This document shows positions 38,307 to 46,964 of a stretch of 64,000 nt of DNA, piece by piece. The position numbers and the translations under genes are program-made. This stretch comes from Rhodoferax sp. OV413 (GTDB taxonomy: Bacteria > Pseudomonadota > Gammaproteobacteria > Burkholderiales > Burkholderiaceae_C): NCBI GenBank assembly GCA_945861785.1, contig CAMAWD010000007.1, forward strand, positions 13,730 to 77,729, given 5' to 3'. Positions within the stretch are counted from its first letter, which is position 1; each line of letters begins with the position of its first letter. The notes beneath the pieces were generated by a model that had not been told where the DNA came from, made no database searches, and saw only the letters and a program-made list of their open reading frames with translations.

Positions 38307-39050
38307 TCAGACGCCTGCGCCGGGCTGGCGCGGCTGGTTGTGGCCGGCCGGTACGTTGAGCCGGCGACTGCGCACCACCTGGTGCGGGCGGAACAGGAAG
38401 GCAACCGTGGCGAACCCGCTCCATACATGCACCAGACGGCTGAACGGGAACAGCAGGAAGATCGTCATGCCCAGCACCAGGTGCAGTTTGTAGGGCCAGT
38501 CCAGGCCCACGATTCCGTCCGCACTGGGCCGAAGAGTGACGATGCGTTGTGCCCAGTCACCCAGCGCCATCATCACTCCGCCGTCCGAATGGCCGAGCGA
38601 AAACGGCAATGTGACCAGACCAATCACCAATTGCACCCACAGGATCAGCAGGATGGCGATGTCGGTGCGGTGGCTGGTGAGCCGGATGCGCGGGTCGACC
38701 AGGCGCCGGTGCAGCAGCAGGCTCAGCCCGATGAAACAGATGAACCCGGCGGTGCCGCCGGAGACCACGGCGAACAGTTGCTTTTGGGGCGCGGTGATGA
38801 AGTGCTCGTACAGCCAGTGCGGGGTGAGCAGGCCGACGAAGTGGCCGAAGAAGAGGAACAGGATGCCGATGTGGAACAGGTTGCTGCCCCATCGCAGGCT
38901 GCCGGTGCGCAGCATCTGCGACGAGTCGCTCTTCCACGTGTACTGGTCGCGGTCGAAACGCACCAGGCTGCCCATCAGGAATACCGTCAGGCAGATGTAG
39001 GGGTAGACCGTGAACAAGAAATTGTGGACGGACGCTTGGACGCTGTTCAT
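38307..39050 (-). CDS. narI: Respiratory nitrate reductase gamma subunit (cytochrome b)
   Basis: YTWKSDSSQ, FHIGIL..GH, HLVLG..FPFSRLVH. Confidence 0.97.
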   Translation of the reverse strand: MNSVQASVHNFLFTVYPYICLTVFLMGSLVRFDRDQYTWKSDSSQMLRTGSLRWGSNLFHIGILFLFFGHFVGLLTPHWLYEHFITAPQKQLFAVVSGGTAGFICFIGLSLLLHRRLVDPRIRLTSHRTDIAILLILWVQLVIGLVTLPFSLGHSDGGVMMALGDWAQRIVTLRPSADGIVGLDWPYKLHLVLGMTIFLLFPFSRLVHVWSGFATVAFLFRPHQVVRSRRLNVPAGHNQPRQPGAGV

Positions 39051-39757
39051 GCTGATGCTCCTGAACCGGCTTGCGGGGTTGTGGCGCGGGCCCGCCGCAC
39101 CAGGTGAATGGGTTGGGGCGTTCCGGGCTTGGCCTGGCCTTGTGTGGAGCAACCGTCGAACACGACCGGCTCGGCCCAGGCCTCGTCCAATGGGGCTTCC
39201 TTGACCGGCGGGGTGGCCTGGGCCTTTTCACCGGCCAGTTCCAGCATTGCGGCCAGGATGGCGACGTACGGTGTGCCGCGCCGTTGCAGGGCGCCAAAGA
39301 TGGCGTTGAAGATGTGCGCCATTTCCGCCAGGAAGGCCCGGGCCTCGGCCGGTGGTTGCGTGGAGACGAACTCCAGCACCACGGGCAGGTAGTCGGGCAA
39401 CTGGCCTTCGCCGAGGTACAGGCCGGCCTTTTCGTAAGTTTGTGCCAGGTCGATCATGGCCGGGCCGCGCTCGCGAGAGTCACCATGCACATGTTCGAAC
39501 AGGTGCAGCGAGGTGGCGCGGCCGCAGTCGAACAGGTCGACGTAGGCGGCTTCGATGGCCAGGCCATCACCCAGTGTCAGGTGTGTGATCAGGGCGTCGA
39601 TCTCGGCGAGTCGCCCGGCACCCAGCGCGTGTTCGTCCGCCAGGACCGCGCCGATCTGGGGCAGAAAAACACGCATGCCGGCGTCGGGGTAGGCGAGCAG
39701 CGCAGCCAGGGCGCGCAGGGTGCCGGAGGCGCTGGCGGGTTTCGCTTGTTTGAACAT
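39047..39757 (-). CDS. narJ: Nitrate reductase molybdenum cofactor assembly chaperone
   Basis: YVDLFD..RATSLHLFEHVHGDSRERG, LPDYLP. Confidence 0.96.
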   Translation of the reverse strand: MFKQAKPASASGTLRALAALLAYPDAGMRVFLPQIGAVLADEHALGAGRLAEIDALITHLTLGDGLAIEAAYVDLFDCGRATSLHLFEHVHGDSRERGPAMIDLAQTYEKAGLYLGEGQLPDYLPVVLEFVSTQPPAEARAFLAEMAHIFNAIFGALQRRGTPYVAILAAMLELAGEKAQATPPVKEAPLDEAWAEPVVFDGCSTQGQAKPGTPQPIHLVRRARATTPQAGSGASA

Positions 39758-39759
39758 GT

Positions 39760-41292
39760 TCAGACCTCCGCCCGGATCGGGATGGTGCGTTTCTTCTCAC
39801 TGCCAAACAGGCTGGTTTCCGACGTGCCCTCGGAGCAGCCATTGCCGAAGCTGAAGCCGCAGCCGCCACGCACGTTGAAGGTGTTCTCGGCGTATTCACG
39901 GTGCGTGCTGGGGATCACAAAGCGGTCCTCGTAGTTGGCGATGGCCATGACGTGGTACATCTCCTCGACCACTTCCTGGCTGATGCCCACCTGGTCGAGC
40001 ACGGCCTTGTTGATGCGCTGGTCGACATGTTTCTCGCGCTGGTAGGCGCGCATGGCCAGCATGCGTTCCAGGGCGCGGACCACGGGTGCGGTGTCGCCAG
40101 CCGTCAGCAGGTTGGCCAGGTACTTGACCGGTATGCGCAGCTGGTTCACATCCGGGATCTGGCCGTTGCTGCCGACGTGGCCGGCGTTGGCGGCAGCCGA
40201 GATCGGCGACAGCGGCGGCACATACCAGACCATCGGCAGGGTGCGGTATTCCGGGTGCAGCGGCAGGGCCACTTTCCACTCCACGGCCATCTTGTAGACC
40301 GGGCTGTTGCGCGCGGCCTCCATCCACTTGTCGGGGATGCCGTCAACACCTGCCTGCGCGATCACCGCCGGGTCGTTCGGGTCCAGGAAGATGTCGAGCT
40401 GTGCCTGGTACAGGTCGCGGTCGTGTTCGACGCTGGCGGCCTGCTGGATGCGGTCTGCGTCATACAGCAACACACCGAGGTAACGGATGCGCCCGACGCA
40501 GGTCTCGGAGCACACGGTGGGCTGGCCGGCCTCGATGCGCGGGTAGCAGAAGATGCACTTCTCGGCCTTGCCGCTCTTCCAGTTGTAGTAGATCTTCTTG
40601 TAGGGGCAACCGCTCACGCACATGCGCCAGCCGCGGCACTTGTCCTGGTCGATCAGCACGATGCCGTCTTCCTCGCGCTTGTAGATCGAGCCCGACGGGC
40701 AACTCGCCACGCAGGCCGGGTTCAGGCAGTGCTCGCACAACCGGGGCAGGTACATCATGAAGGTGTTCTCGAACTGGCCGAGCATCTCCTTTTGCATCTG
40801 CTCGAAGCCGTCGAGGTTCTTGTCCTTGCTGCGCTTGGAGAACTCGCCGCCCAGAATTTCCTCCCAGTTCGGGCCCCAGACGATCTTGTCCATCTGTTTG
40901 CCGGTGATCAGGCTGCGTGGGCGCGCTGTGGGCGTGGCCTTCATCTCGGGCGCCGACTGCAGGTGTGCGTAGTCGAAGGTGAAGGGCTCGTAGTAGTCGT
41001 CGATCTCGGGCAGGTTGGGGTTGGCGAAGATGCGCATCAGGAGTTTCCACTTGGCGCCCTGGCGCGGCTCGATCGCGCCGCTGGCCAGGCGTTGCCACCC
41101 GCCGTTCCATTTGTCCTGGTTCTCCCACTCCTTGGGGTAACCGATGCCGGGTTTGGTCTCGACGTTGTTGAACCATGCGTATTCCATGCCGGGGCGGCTG
41201 GTCCAGACGTTCTTGCAGGTCACGCTGCAGGTGTGGCAGCCGATGCATTTGTCCAGGTTCAGAACCATGCCGATCTGTGCGCGGACTTTCAT
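39760..41292 (-). CDS. narH: Respiratory nitrate reductase beta subunit
   Basis: MKVRAQIGMVLNLDKCIGCHTCSVTCK plus three further Fe-S motifs. Confidence 0.98.
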   Translation of the reverse strand: MKVRAQIGMVLNLDKCIGCHTCSVTCKNVWTSRPGMEYAWFNNVETKPGIGYPKEWENQDKWNGGWQRLASGAIEPRQGAKWKLLMRIFANPNLPEIDDYYEPFTFDYAHLQSAPEMKATPTARPRSLITGKQMDKIVWGPNWEEILGGEFSKRSKDKNLDGFEQMQKEMLGQFENTFMMYLPRLCEHCLNPACVASCPSGSIYKREEDGIVLIDQDKCRGWRMCVSGCPYKKIYYNWKSGKAEKCIFCYPRIEAGQPTVCSETCVGRIRYLGVLLYDADRIQQAASVEHDRDLYQAQLDIFLDPNDPAVIAQAGVDGIPDKWMEAARNSPVYKMAVEWKVALPLHPEYRTLPMVWYVPPLSPISAAANAGHVGSNGQIPDVNQLRIPVKYLANLLTAGDTAPVVRALERMLAMRAYQREKHVDQRINKAVLDQVGISQEVVEEMYHVMAIANYEDRFVIPSTHREYAENTFNVRGGCGFSFGNGCSEGTSETSLFGSEKKRTIPIRAEV

Positions 41293-44200
41293 GCGTTTTC
41301 TCCTTGCGCCTGGGTGGGCCGGACCAGTTCTTCACCCACTGGTGTGTCGAGCCAGTCGATCTTGACCATCTTGCGCACCACCACGAACTCGTCGCGGTTG
41401 GTGCCAATGGTCCCGTAGTAGTTGAAGCCGTAACTGAACTGCGCGTAACCGCCGATCATGTGTGTGGGCTTGAGCACGATGCGCGTCACCGAGTTGTGGA
41501 TGCCGCCGCGCGCACCGGTGATCTCCGAGCCCGGGGTGTTGACGATCTTTTCCTGGGCGTGGTACATCATGACCATGCCGGGGTTGACGCGCTGGCTCAC
41601 CACCGCCCGTGCCGCGATGGCACCGTTGATGTTGAACAGTTCGACCCAGTCGTTGTCCTCGATGCCGGCGATCTTGGCGTCGTCCTCGCTGAGCCACACG
41701 CAGGGCCCGCCGCGGCTCAGCGTGAGCATCAGCAGGTTGTCGGTGTAGGTCGAGTGGATGCCCCACTTCTGGTGCGGTGTGATGAAGTTGAGCAATATCT
41801 CCTTGTTGCCGTTGGAGCGGATGCCATGGATGCCGGCGGTGGTCTTGAGGTCCACCGGCGGGCGGTAGCTGCTGAAACCTTCGCCGAAGGCGATCATCCA
41901 GGGGTGGTCCATGTAGAACTGCTGGCGCCCGGTCAGCGTGCGCCAGGGGATCATCTCGTGCACATTGGTGTAGCCGGCGTTGTACGACACCGTCTCACTC
42001 TCGATGCCGCTCCAGGTGGGTGAGCTGATGATCTTGCGCGGCTGCGCCTGGATGTCGCGAAAGCGGATTTTCTCGTCCTCGCGGTGGATTGCCAGGTGCC
42101 TGTGGTCACGCCCGGTGATCTTGCCCAACGCCTCCCAGGCCTTCACCGCCACATGGCCGTTGGTCTCTGGCGCCAGCATCAGCACCACCTCGGCGGCGTC
42201 GATGTCGGTCTCGATCTTCGGCATGCCCCGGGTTACACCCTCGGCGGTGACCACGCCGCTGAGTTCGGCCAGTTGCCTGACTTCGGTCTGGGTGTTCCAG
42301 GCAATGCCCTTGCCGCCGTTGCCTGCCTTGTTCATCAGCGGACCCAGGGCCGTGAAGCGCTTGAACACGTTGGGGTAGTCGCGCTCCACCACCGCCATCT
42401 GCGGCGCGGTCTTGCCGGGGATCAGTTCGCACTCGCCGCGTTTCCAGTCCTTGACCTCGAACGGCTGCGCCAGTTCACCCGGGGTGTCGTGCATCAGCGG
42501 CGTGAGAACGAGTTCCTTCTCCATACCCAGATGGCCGACGCAGACTTCGCTGAACTTTTTTGCGAACCCCTTGTAGATGTCCCAGTCGCTGCGTGACTGC
42601 CAGGCCGGGTCGACCGCGGTGGAGAGCGGGTGGATGAAGGGGTGCATGTCGCTGGTGTTGAGGTCGTTCTTCTCGTACCAGGTGGCGGTGGGCAACACGA
42701 TGTCGCTGTACAGGCAGGTGGTGCTCATGCGGAAGTCGAGCGTGACCAGCAGGTCGAGCTTGCCTTCAGGGGCTTTGTCATGCCAGACCACCTCGGTCGG
42801 TTTGGCCTCCTGGCTGGCGCCGGGCCGCCCCAAGCCGGCCGCCCCCTGGGGGGAGGCGCGCAGCGCTTCGGGGGGAAATTGTTCTCCCAGGTCCTTGCCT
42901 TGCACGCCATTGCTGGTGCCCAGCAGGTGCTTGAGGAAATACTCGTGGCCCTTGCCGGACGAACCCAGCAGGTTGGAGCGCCACACGAACATGTTGCGCG
43001 GCCAGTTGGCGGGGTGGTCGGGGTCGGTGCAGCTCATCGTGAGCGAACCGTCCTTGAGCGACTTCACCGCGTAGTCCTTCGGGTCCACGCCCGCCTTGAT
43101 CGCGTCCTTGACCACCTGCAGCGGGTTGGTCTGCAGCTGCGGTGCCGACGGCAGCCAGCCCATGCGTTCGGCGCGCACGTTGTAGTCGATCATGCTGCCG
43201 GCATACATTTTTTTGTCGGCCAGTGGCGAAATGACTTCCTCCATGCCTAGCTTTTCGTAGCGCCACTGGTCGGTGTGCGCATAGAAGAAGCTGGTGCTGT
43301 TCATCTGCCGCGGCGGGCGGATCCAGTCGAGCGCAAAGGCGAGTGCAGTCCAGCCAGTCTGCGGGCGGAGTTTTTCCTGGCCGACGTAGTGCGCCCAGCC
43401 GCCGCCGCTCTTGCCGATGCAGCCGCACATCATCAGCATGTTGATGATGCCGCGGTAGTTCATGTCGCTGTGGTACCAGTGGTTCATCGCCGCGCCGATG
43501 ATGACCATCGAGCGCCCCTGGGTCTTGTCGGCGTTCTCGGCGAACTGACGCGCCACCGTGATCAGCTGCGCGCGTGGCGTACCGGTGATGCTCTCCTGCC
43601 AGGCCGGTGTGTAGGGGGTGTCGTCGTCGAAACTTTTTGCCGCCATTTCTCCCGGCAGACCGCGGGCGATGCCGTAGTTGGCCACCTGCAGGTCGAATAC
43701 GGTGGCCACCAGGGCTTCGCGCTGGTCGCCCTCCTTGCCCAGGCTGATGCGCTGTACGGGGACAGTGCGGACCAACACGTCATTGGCACTGTCGCCGTTG
43801 GTGTTGTGCTTGAAGTTCGGGGTGGCGATACCGCCGAAGTAGGGGAAACCGACTTTCGCGGTTTCCGGGTTCGGTGTTTCAGCCTCGAGCACCGACAGGC
43901 GCAGCTTGACCTCGTTGCCGTGGCGCGCTTCCTTGGCCTCCAGGTTCCACTGGCCCTGGTCGGCGCGGCCGTCCGGGCCCCAGCGGAAGCCGATGGCGCC
44001 ATTCGGCAGCACGACCTTGCCCGCGCTGTCGAACGCGACGGTCTTCCACTCCGGGTTGTTGGCCTGTCCGAGCTTGCCGTTGAAGTCGGACGCACGCACA
44101 TAGCGGTCCGGCACCATGATTTTCTCGCCGCCGGGCAGCTCGTGCTCCTTGAGCATCACCAGCATCGGCATGTCGGTGTAGCGGCGCACGTAGTCGTCGA

Positions 44201-45263
44201 AGTAGGCGCTGCGCGTGGTGCGGGCCCCCACGCCGCCTGCTGGCGGCTGCCCCCCGAGGGGGCTGGAAGAACTTGGGGCGGCCCGGCGTTCTTCCCCACC
44301 ATCAGGGAAGTAGAACTCCTTGAGGATCACATGGCCCATGGCCATGGCCACGGCGGCATCGGTGCCCTGCTTGGGGTGCATCCAGATGTCGGACAGTTTG
44401 GCCACCTCCGAGTAGTCGGGCGTGACCGCCACCGTCTTGGTGCCCTTGTAGCGCACCTCGGTGAAGAAGTGCGCGTCGGGCGTACGCGTCTGCGGCACGT
44501 TCGAACCCCAGGCGATGATGAAGCTGGAGTTGTACCAGTCGGCCGACTCCGGCACGTCGGTCTGTTCGCCCCAGACCTGCGGGCTGCTCGGTGGCAGGTC
44601 GCAGTACCAGTCGTAGAAGCTCATGCACACGCCGCCGATCAGGCTCAGGTAACGGCTGCCGGCGGCATAACTGACCATCGACATGGCCGGGATCGGCGAG
44701 AAGCCGATCACGCGGTCGGGACCGTATTTCTTGATCGTGTACACATTTGCCGCGGCGATGATCTCGTTGACTTCGTCCCAGCTCGAACGCACCATTCCGC
44801 CCAGTCCGCGGATCTTTTGGTAGTTGCGCCGCGTGGCCTCGTTCTCGACGATCGAGGCCCAGGCGTCGACCGGGTCGTGCGCCAAACGGGCTTCGCGCCA
44901 GCTCTTGAGCAGGCGACCGCGCACCATCGGGTACTTGACGCGGTTGGCGCTGTACAGGTACCAGCTGTAGCTGGCGCCGCGGGCGCAGCCGCGCGGCTCG
45001 TGGTTGGGCATGTCCCAGCGCGTGCGCGGGTAGTCGGTCTGCTGGGTTTCCCAGGTGACGATGCCGCCCTTGACGTAGATCTTCCAGGAGCAGGAGCCGG
45101 TGCAGTTCACACCGTGGGTGGAGCGCACGATTTTGTCGTGCGCCCAGCGGTTGCGGTAGGCGTCCTCCCAGGTGCGGTCTTCGCCGGTGGTGACGCCGTG
45201 GTCACCTGCGAAGCTTTCGCGGGGGGCAGAGAAGTAGTTCAGTCGATCAAGAAAGTGGCTCAT
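41289..45263 (-). CDS. narG: Respiratory nitrate reductase alpha subunit (1324 aa, with two repeat-derived in-frame insertions)
   Basis: HGVNCTGSC, PRGCARG, SFYDWYCDLPP, GGGWAHYVGQEK, TPHQKWGIHS. Confidence 0.98.
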   Translation of the reverse strand: MSHFLDRLNYFSAPRESFAGDHGVTTGEDRTWEDAYRNRWAHDKIVRSTHGVNCTGSCSWKIYVKGGIVTWETQQTDYPRTRWDMPNHEPRGCARGASYSWYLYSANRVKYPMVRGRLLKSWREARLAHDPVDAWASIVENEATRRNYQKIRGLGGMVRSSWDEVNEIIAAANVYTIKKYGPDRVIGFSPIPAMSMVSYAAGSRYLSLIGGVCMSFYDWYCDLPPSSPQVWGEQTDVPESADWYNSSFIIAWGSNVPQTRTPDAHFFTEVRYKGTKTVAVTPDYSEVAKLSDIWMHPKQGTDAAVAMAMGHVILKEFYFPDGGEERRAAPSSSSPLGGQPPAGGVGARTTRSAYFDDYVRRYTDMPMLVMLKEHELPGGEKIMVPDRYVRASDFNGKLGQANNPEWKTVAFDSAGKVVLPNGAIGFRWGPDGRADQGQWNLEAKEARHGNEVKLRLSVLEAETPNPETAKVGFPYFGGIATPNFKHNTNGDSANDVLVRTVPVQRISLGKEGDQREALVATVFDLQVANYGIARGLPGEMAAKSFDDDTPYTPAWQESITGTPRAQLITVARQFAENADKTQGRSMVIIGAAMNHWYHSDMNYRGIINMLMMCGCIGKSGGGWAHYVGQEKLRPQTGWTALAFALDWIRPPRQMNSTSFFYAHTDQWRYEKLGMEEVISPLADKKMYAGSMIDYNVRAERMGWLPSAPQLQTNPLQVVKDAIKAGVDPKDYAVKSLKDGSLTMSCTDPDHPANWPRNMFVWRSNLLGSSGKGHEYFLKHLLGTSNGVQGKDLGEQFPPEALRASPQGAAGLGRPGASQEAKPTEVVWHDKAPEGKLDLLVTLDFRMSTTCLYSDIVLPTATWYEKNDLNTSDMHPFIHPLSTAVDPAWQSRSDWDIYKGFAKKFSEVCVGHLGMEKELVLTPLMHDTPGELAQPFEVKDWKRGECELIPGKTAPQMAVVERDYPNVFKRFTALGPLMNKAGNGGKGIAWNTQTEVRQLAELSGVVTAEGVTRGMPKIETDIDAAEVVLMLAPETNGHVAVKAWEALGKITGRDHRHLAIHREDEKIRFRDIQAQPRKIISSPTWSGIESETVSYNAGYTNVHEMIPWRTLTGRQQFYMDHPWMIAFGEGFSSYRPPVDLKTTAGIHGIRSNGNKEILLNFITPHQKWGIHSTYTDNLLMLTLSRGGPCVWLSEDDAKIAGIEDNDWVELFNINGAIAARAVVSQRVNPGMVMMYHAQEKIVNTPGSEITGARGGIHNSVTRIVLKPTHMIGGYAQFSYGFNYYGTIGTNRDEFVVVRKMVKIDWLDTPVGEELVRPTQAQGENA
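42818..42876 (+). repeat. GC-rich palindromic element, copy A, antisense and in frame within narG
   Basis: CGCCGGGCCGCCCCAAG-CCGGCC-GCCCCCTGGGGGGA...TTCGGGGGG; encodes FPPEALRASPQGAAGLGRPG in NarG. Confidence 0.8.
44222..44288 (-). repeat. GC-rich palindromic element, copy B, sense and in frame within narG
   Basis: CGCCGGGCCGCCCCAAG-TTCTTCCA-GCCCCCTCGGGGGGC-A-GCCGCCAGCAGGCGGC-GTGGGGGCCC; the 63-bp core 44222-44284 equals 21 codons. Confidence 0.82.
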
Positions 45264-45296
45264 GGGTGTCCTCGTTGAAACTGTTTGATTCGGGTG

Positions 45297-46952
45297 TCAG
45301 GGGTTCTTGATTTCCGAGCCGGCGCGCAGGTAGAACCACCAGTTGAGAATCAGGCACAACGCATAGAACGCAGCGAAGCCGTACATCGACAACTGCGGGG
45401 TTCCGGCCTTGATCTGCGCACCGATGACCACCGGGGCGATGAAGGCACCATAAGCGGCCACCGCCGATGTCCAGCCCAGCACCGGGCCGGCCTGCTGGCG
45501 GTCGAATATCACGCCGATGGTGCGGAAGGTGGAGCCGTTGCCGATACCGCTGGCAGCGAACAGCAGCACGAACAACCACATGAAGGTCGAGAAGTACTGT
45601 TCCGGGGTGGCCGAGCCATAAGCCAGCATCATCATGTAGCCGACAGCGGCGGAGGCCACCACCATCACGGCCGAGATCACCTGGGTCACGATGGAGCCGC
45701 CGACCTTGTCGGAGATCCAGCCGCCGACAGGCCGGATCAACGCTCCCACGAATGGGCCGATCCATGCGTATGTCAACGCGGACGGCGCATTCGGGTTTTT
45801 CAGCGTGTGCTGCATCACGCCCGCCGCGTCGGGCAGATGGCTGATGCCGAAGATCACCGTGATCGACAACGGCAGGGCCATCGAGAACCCGATGAAGGAG
45901 CCGAAGGTCACGATGTACAGCAAGGTCAGCGACCAGGTGTGCTTGTTGCGAAAGATCTCGAACTGCTTGGCGATGTTGCCCTTCATCTCACCAAAGGCCG
46001 CCAGCTTCATGACTGCCAGGGTGGCGACGATGGTCAGGGGCAGCGCCACCCACATGTTGAGCAGGCCGAGGCCGGTGGGAGCGGGCAGGTACAGGTACAG
46101 GCCCAGCCCGCCAATCGCACACGTGATCACCCACAGATAGATGATCTTGGCGAAGGCGGCCAAGGTGCCGCCGTAGTTGGGCGACAGGGGCAGCAGGTTG
46201 TTCATGCCGAACCAGGCGGCGACCACCAGTGGCAGCAGGATGGCGGCCCATATGAAGCCCGCGTTCTGGATGAAGGTGGGTGTACCGGCCACGATCTTTC
46301 CCATGATCCAGCCGCTGTCCTTGATCAGCACCATCGATCCGCCGCCGGCCGCGCCGAACAGGCCGACCGTCATCACCAGCGGAATCAGCACCTGCATGGT
46401 GGTCACGCCGAAGTTGCCCAGGCCGGCGTTCAGCCCCAGCCCCGTACCCTGCAGCCGTTTCGGGAAGAAGCCGGTGATGTTGGACATGGAGCACGCGAAG
46501 TTGCCGCCACCAATGCCAGACAGGAAGGCGCAGGCCTGGAACACCCACAGCGGGGTGGACTTGTCCTGCAGCGCGATGCCGGTCCAGATGGCCGGAACCA
46601 TGAGCAGGGCCGAGGTCAGGAAGATGGTGTTGCGTCCGCCCGCCAGGCGGATGAAGAACGAGGCCGGGATGCGCATCGTGGCACCCATCAGACCGGCGAT
46701 GGCGGTCAGCGTGAACATGTCCGCCGGTTTGAACGGAAAGCCCAGGTTGAGCATCTGCACGGTGATGATGCCCCACATCGCCCATACGGCAAACCCGCAC
46801 AGCAGGTTGGGGATCGATATCCAGAGGTTGCGGTACGCGATGCCGCTGCCGCCTGTGTTCCAGAACGTGTTGTCTTCGGGGCGCCAGTCGGCGATGTCGG
46901 CACCGCTGTAGGTGCGGGGCGCATTGGTGCCAAGTGAAGCGGAGGTGCTCAT
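45297..46952 (-). CDS. narK: Nitrate/nitrite transporter (NarK2-like antiporter, long form)
   Basis: GGGNFACSMSNI, GLGNFG, GIGNGSTF. Confidence 0.93.
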   Translation of the reverse strand: MSTSASLGTNAPRTYSGADIADWRPEDNTFWNTGGSGIAYRNLWISIPNLLCGFAVWAMWGIITVQMLNLGFPFKPADMFTLTAIAGLMGATMRIPASFFIRLAGGRNTIFLTSALLMVPAIWTGIALQDKSTPLWVFQACAFLSGIGGGNFACSMSNITGFFPKRLQGTGLGLNAGLGNFGVTTMQVLIPLVMTVGLFGAAGGGSMVLIKDSGWIMGKIVAGTPTFIQNAGFIWAAILLPLVVAAWFGMNNLLPLSPNYGGTLAAFAKIIYLWVITCAIGGLGLYLYLPAPTGLGLLNMWVALPLTIVATLAVMKLAAFGEMKGNIAKQFEIFRNKHTWSLTLLYIVTFGSFIGFSMALPLSITVIFGISHLPDAAGVMQHTLKNPNAPSALTYAWIGPFVGALIRPVGGWISDKVGGSIVTQVISAVMVVASAAVGYMMMLAYGSATPEQYFSTFMWLFVLLFAASGIGNGSTFRTIGVIFDRQQAGPVLGWTSAVAAYGAFIAPVVIGAQIKAGTPQLSMYGFAAFYALCLILNWWFYLRAGSEIKNP

Positions 46953-46964
46953 GGTGTTTCCTGG

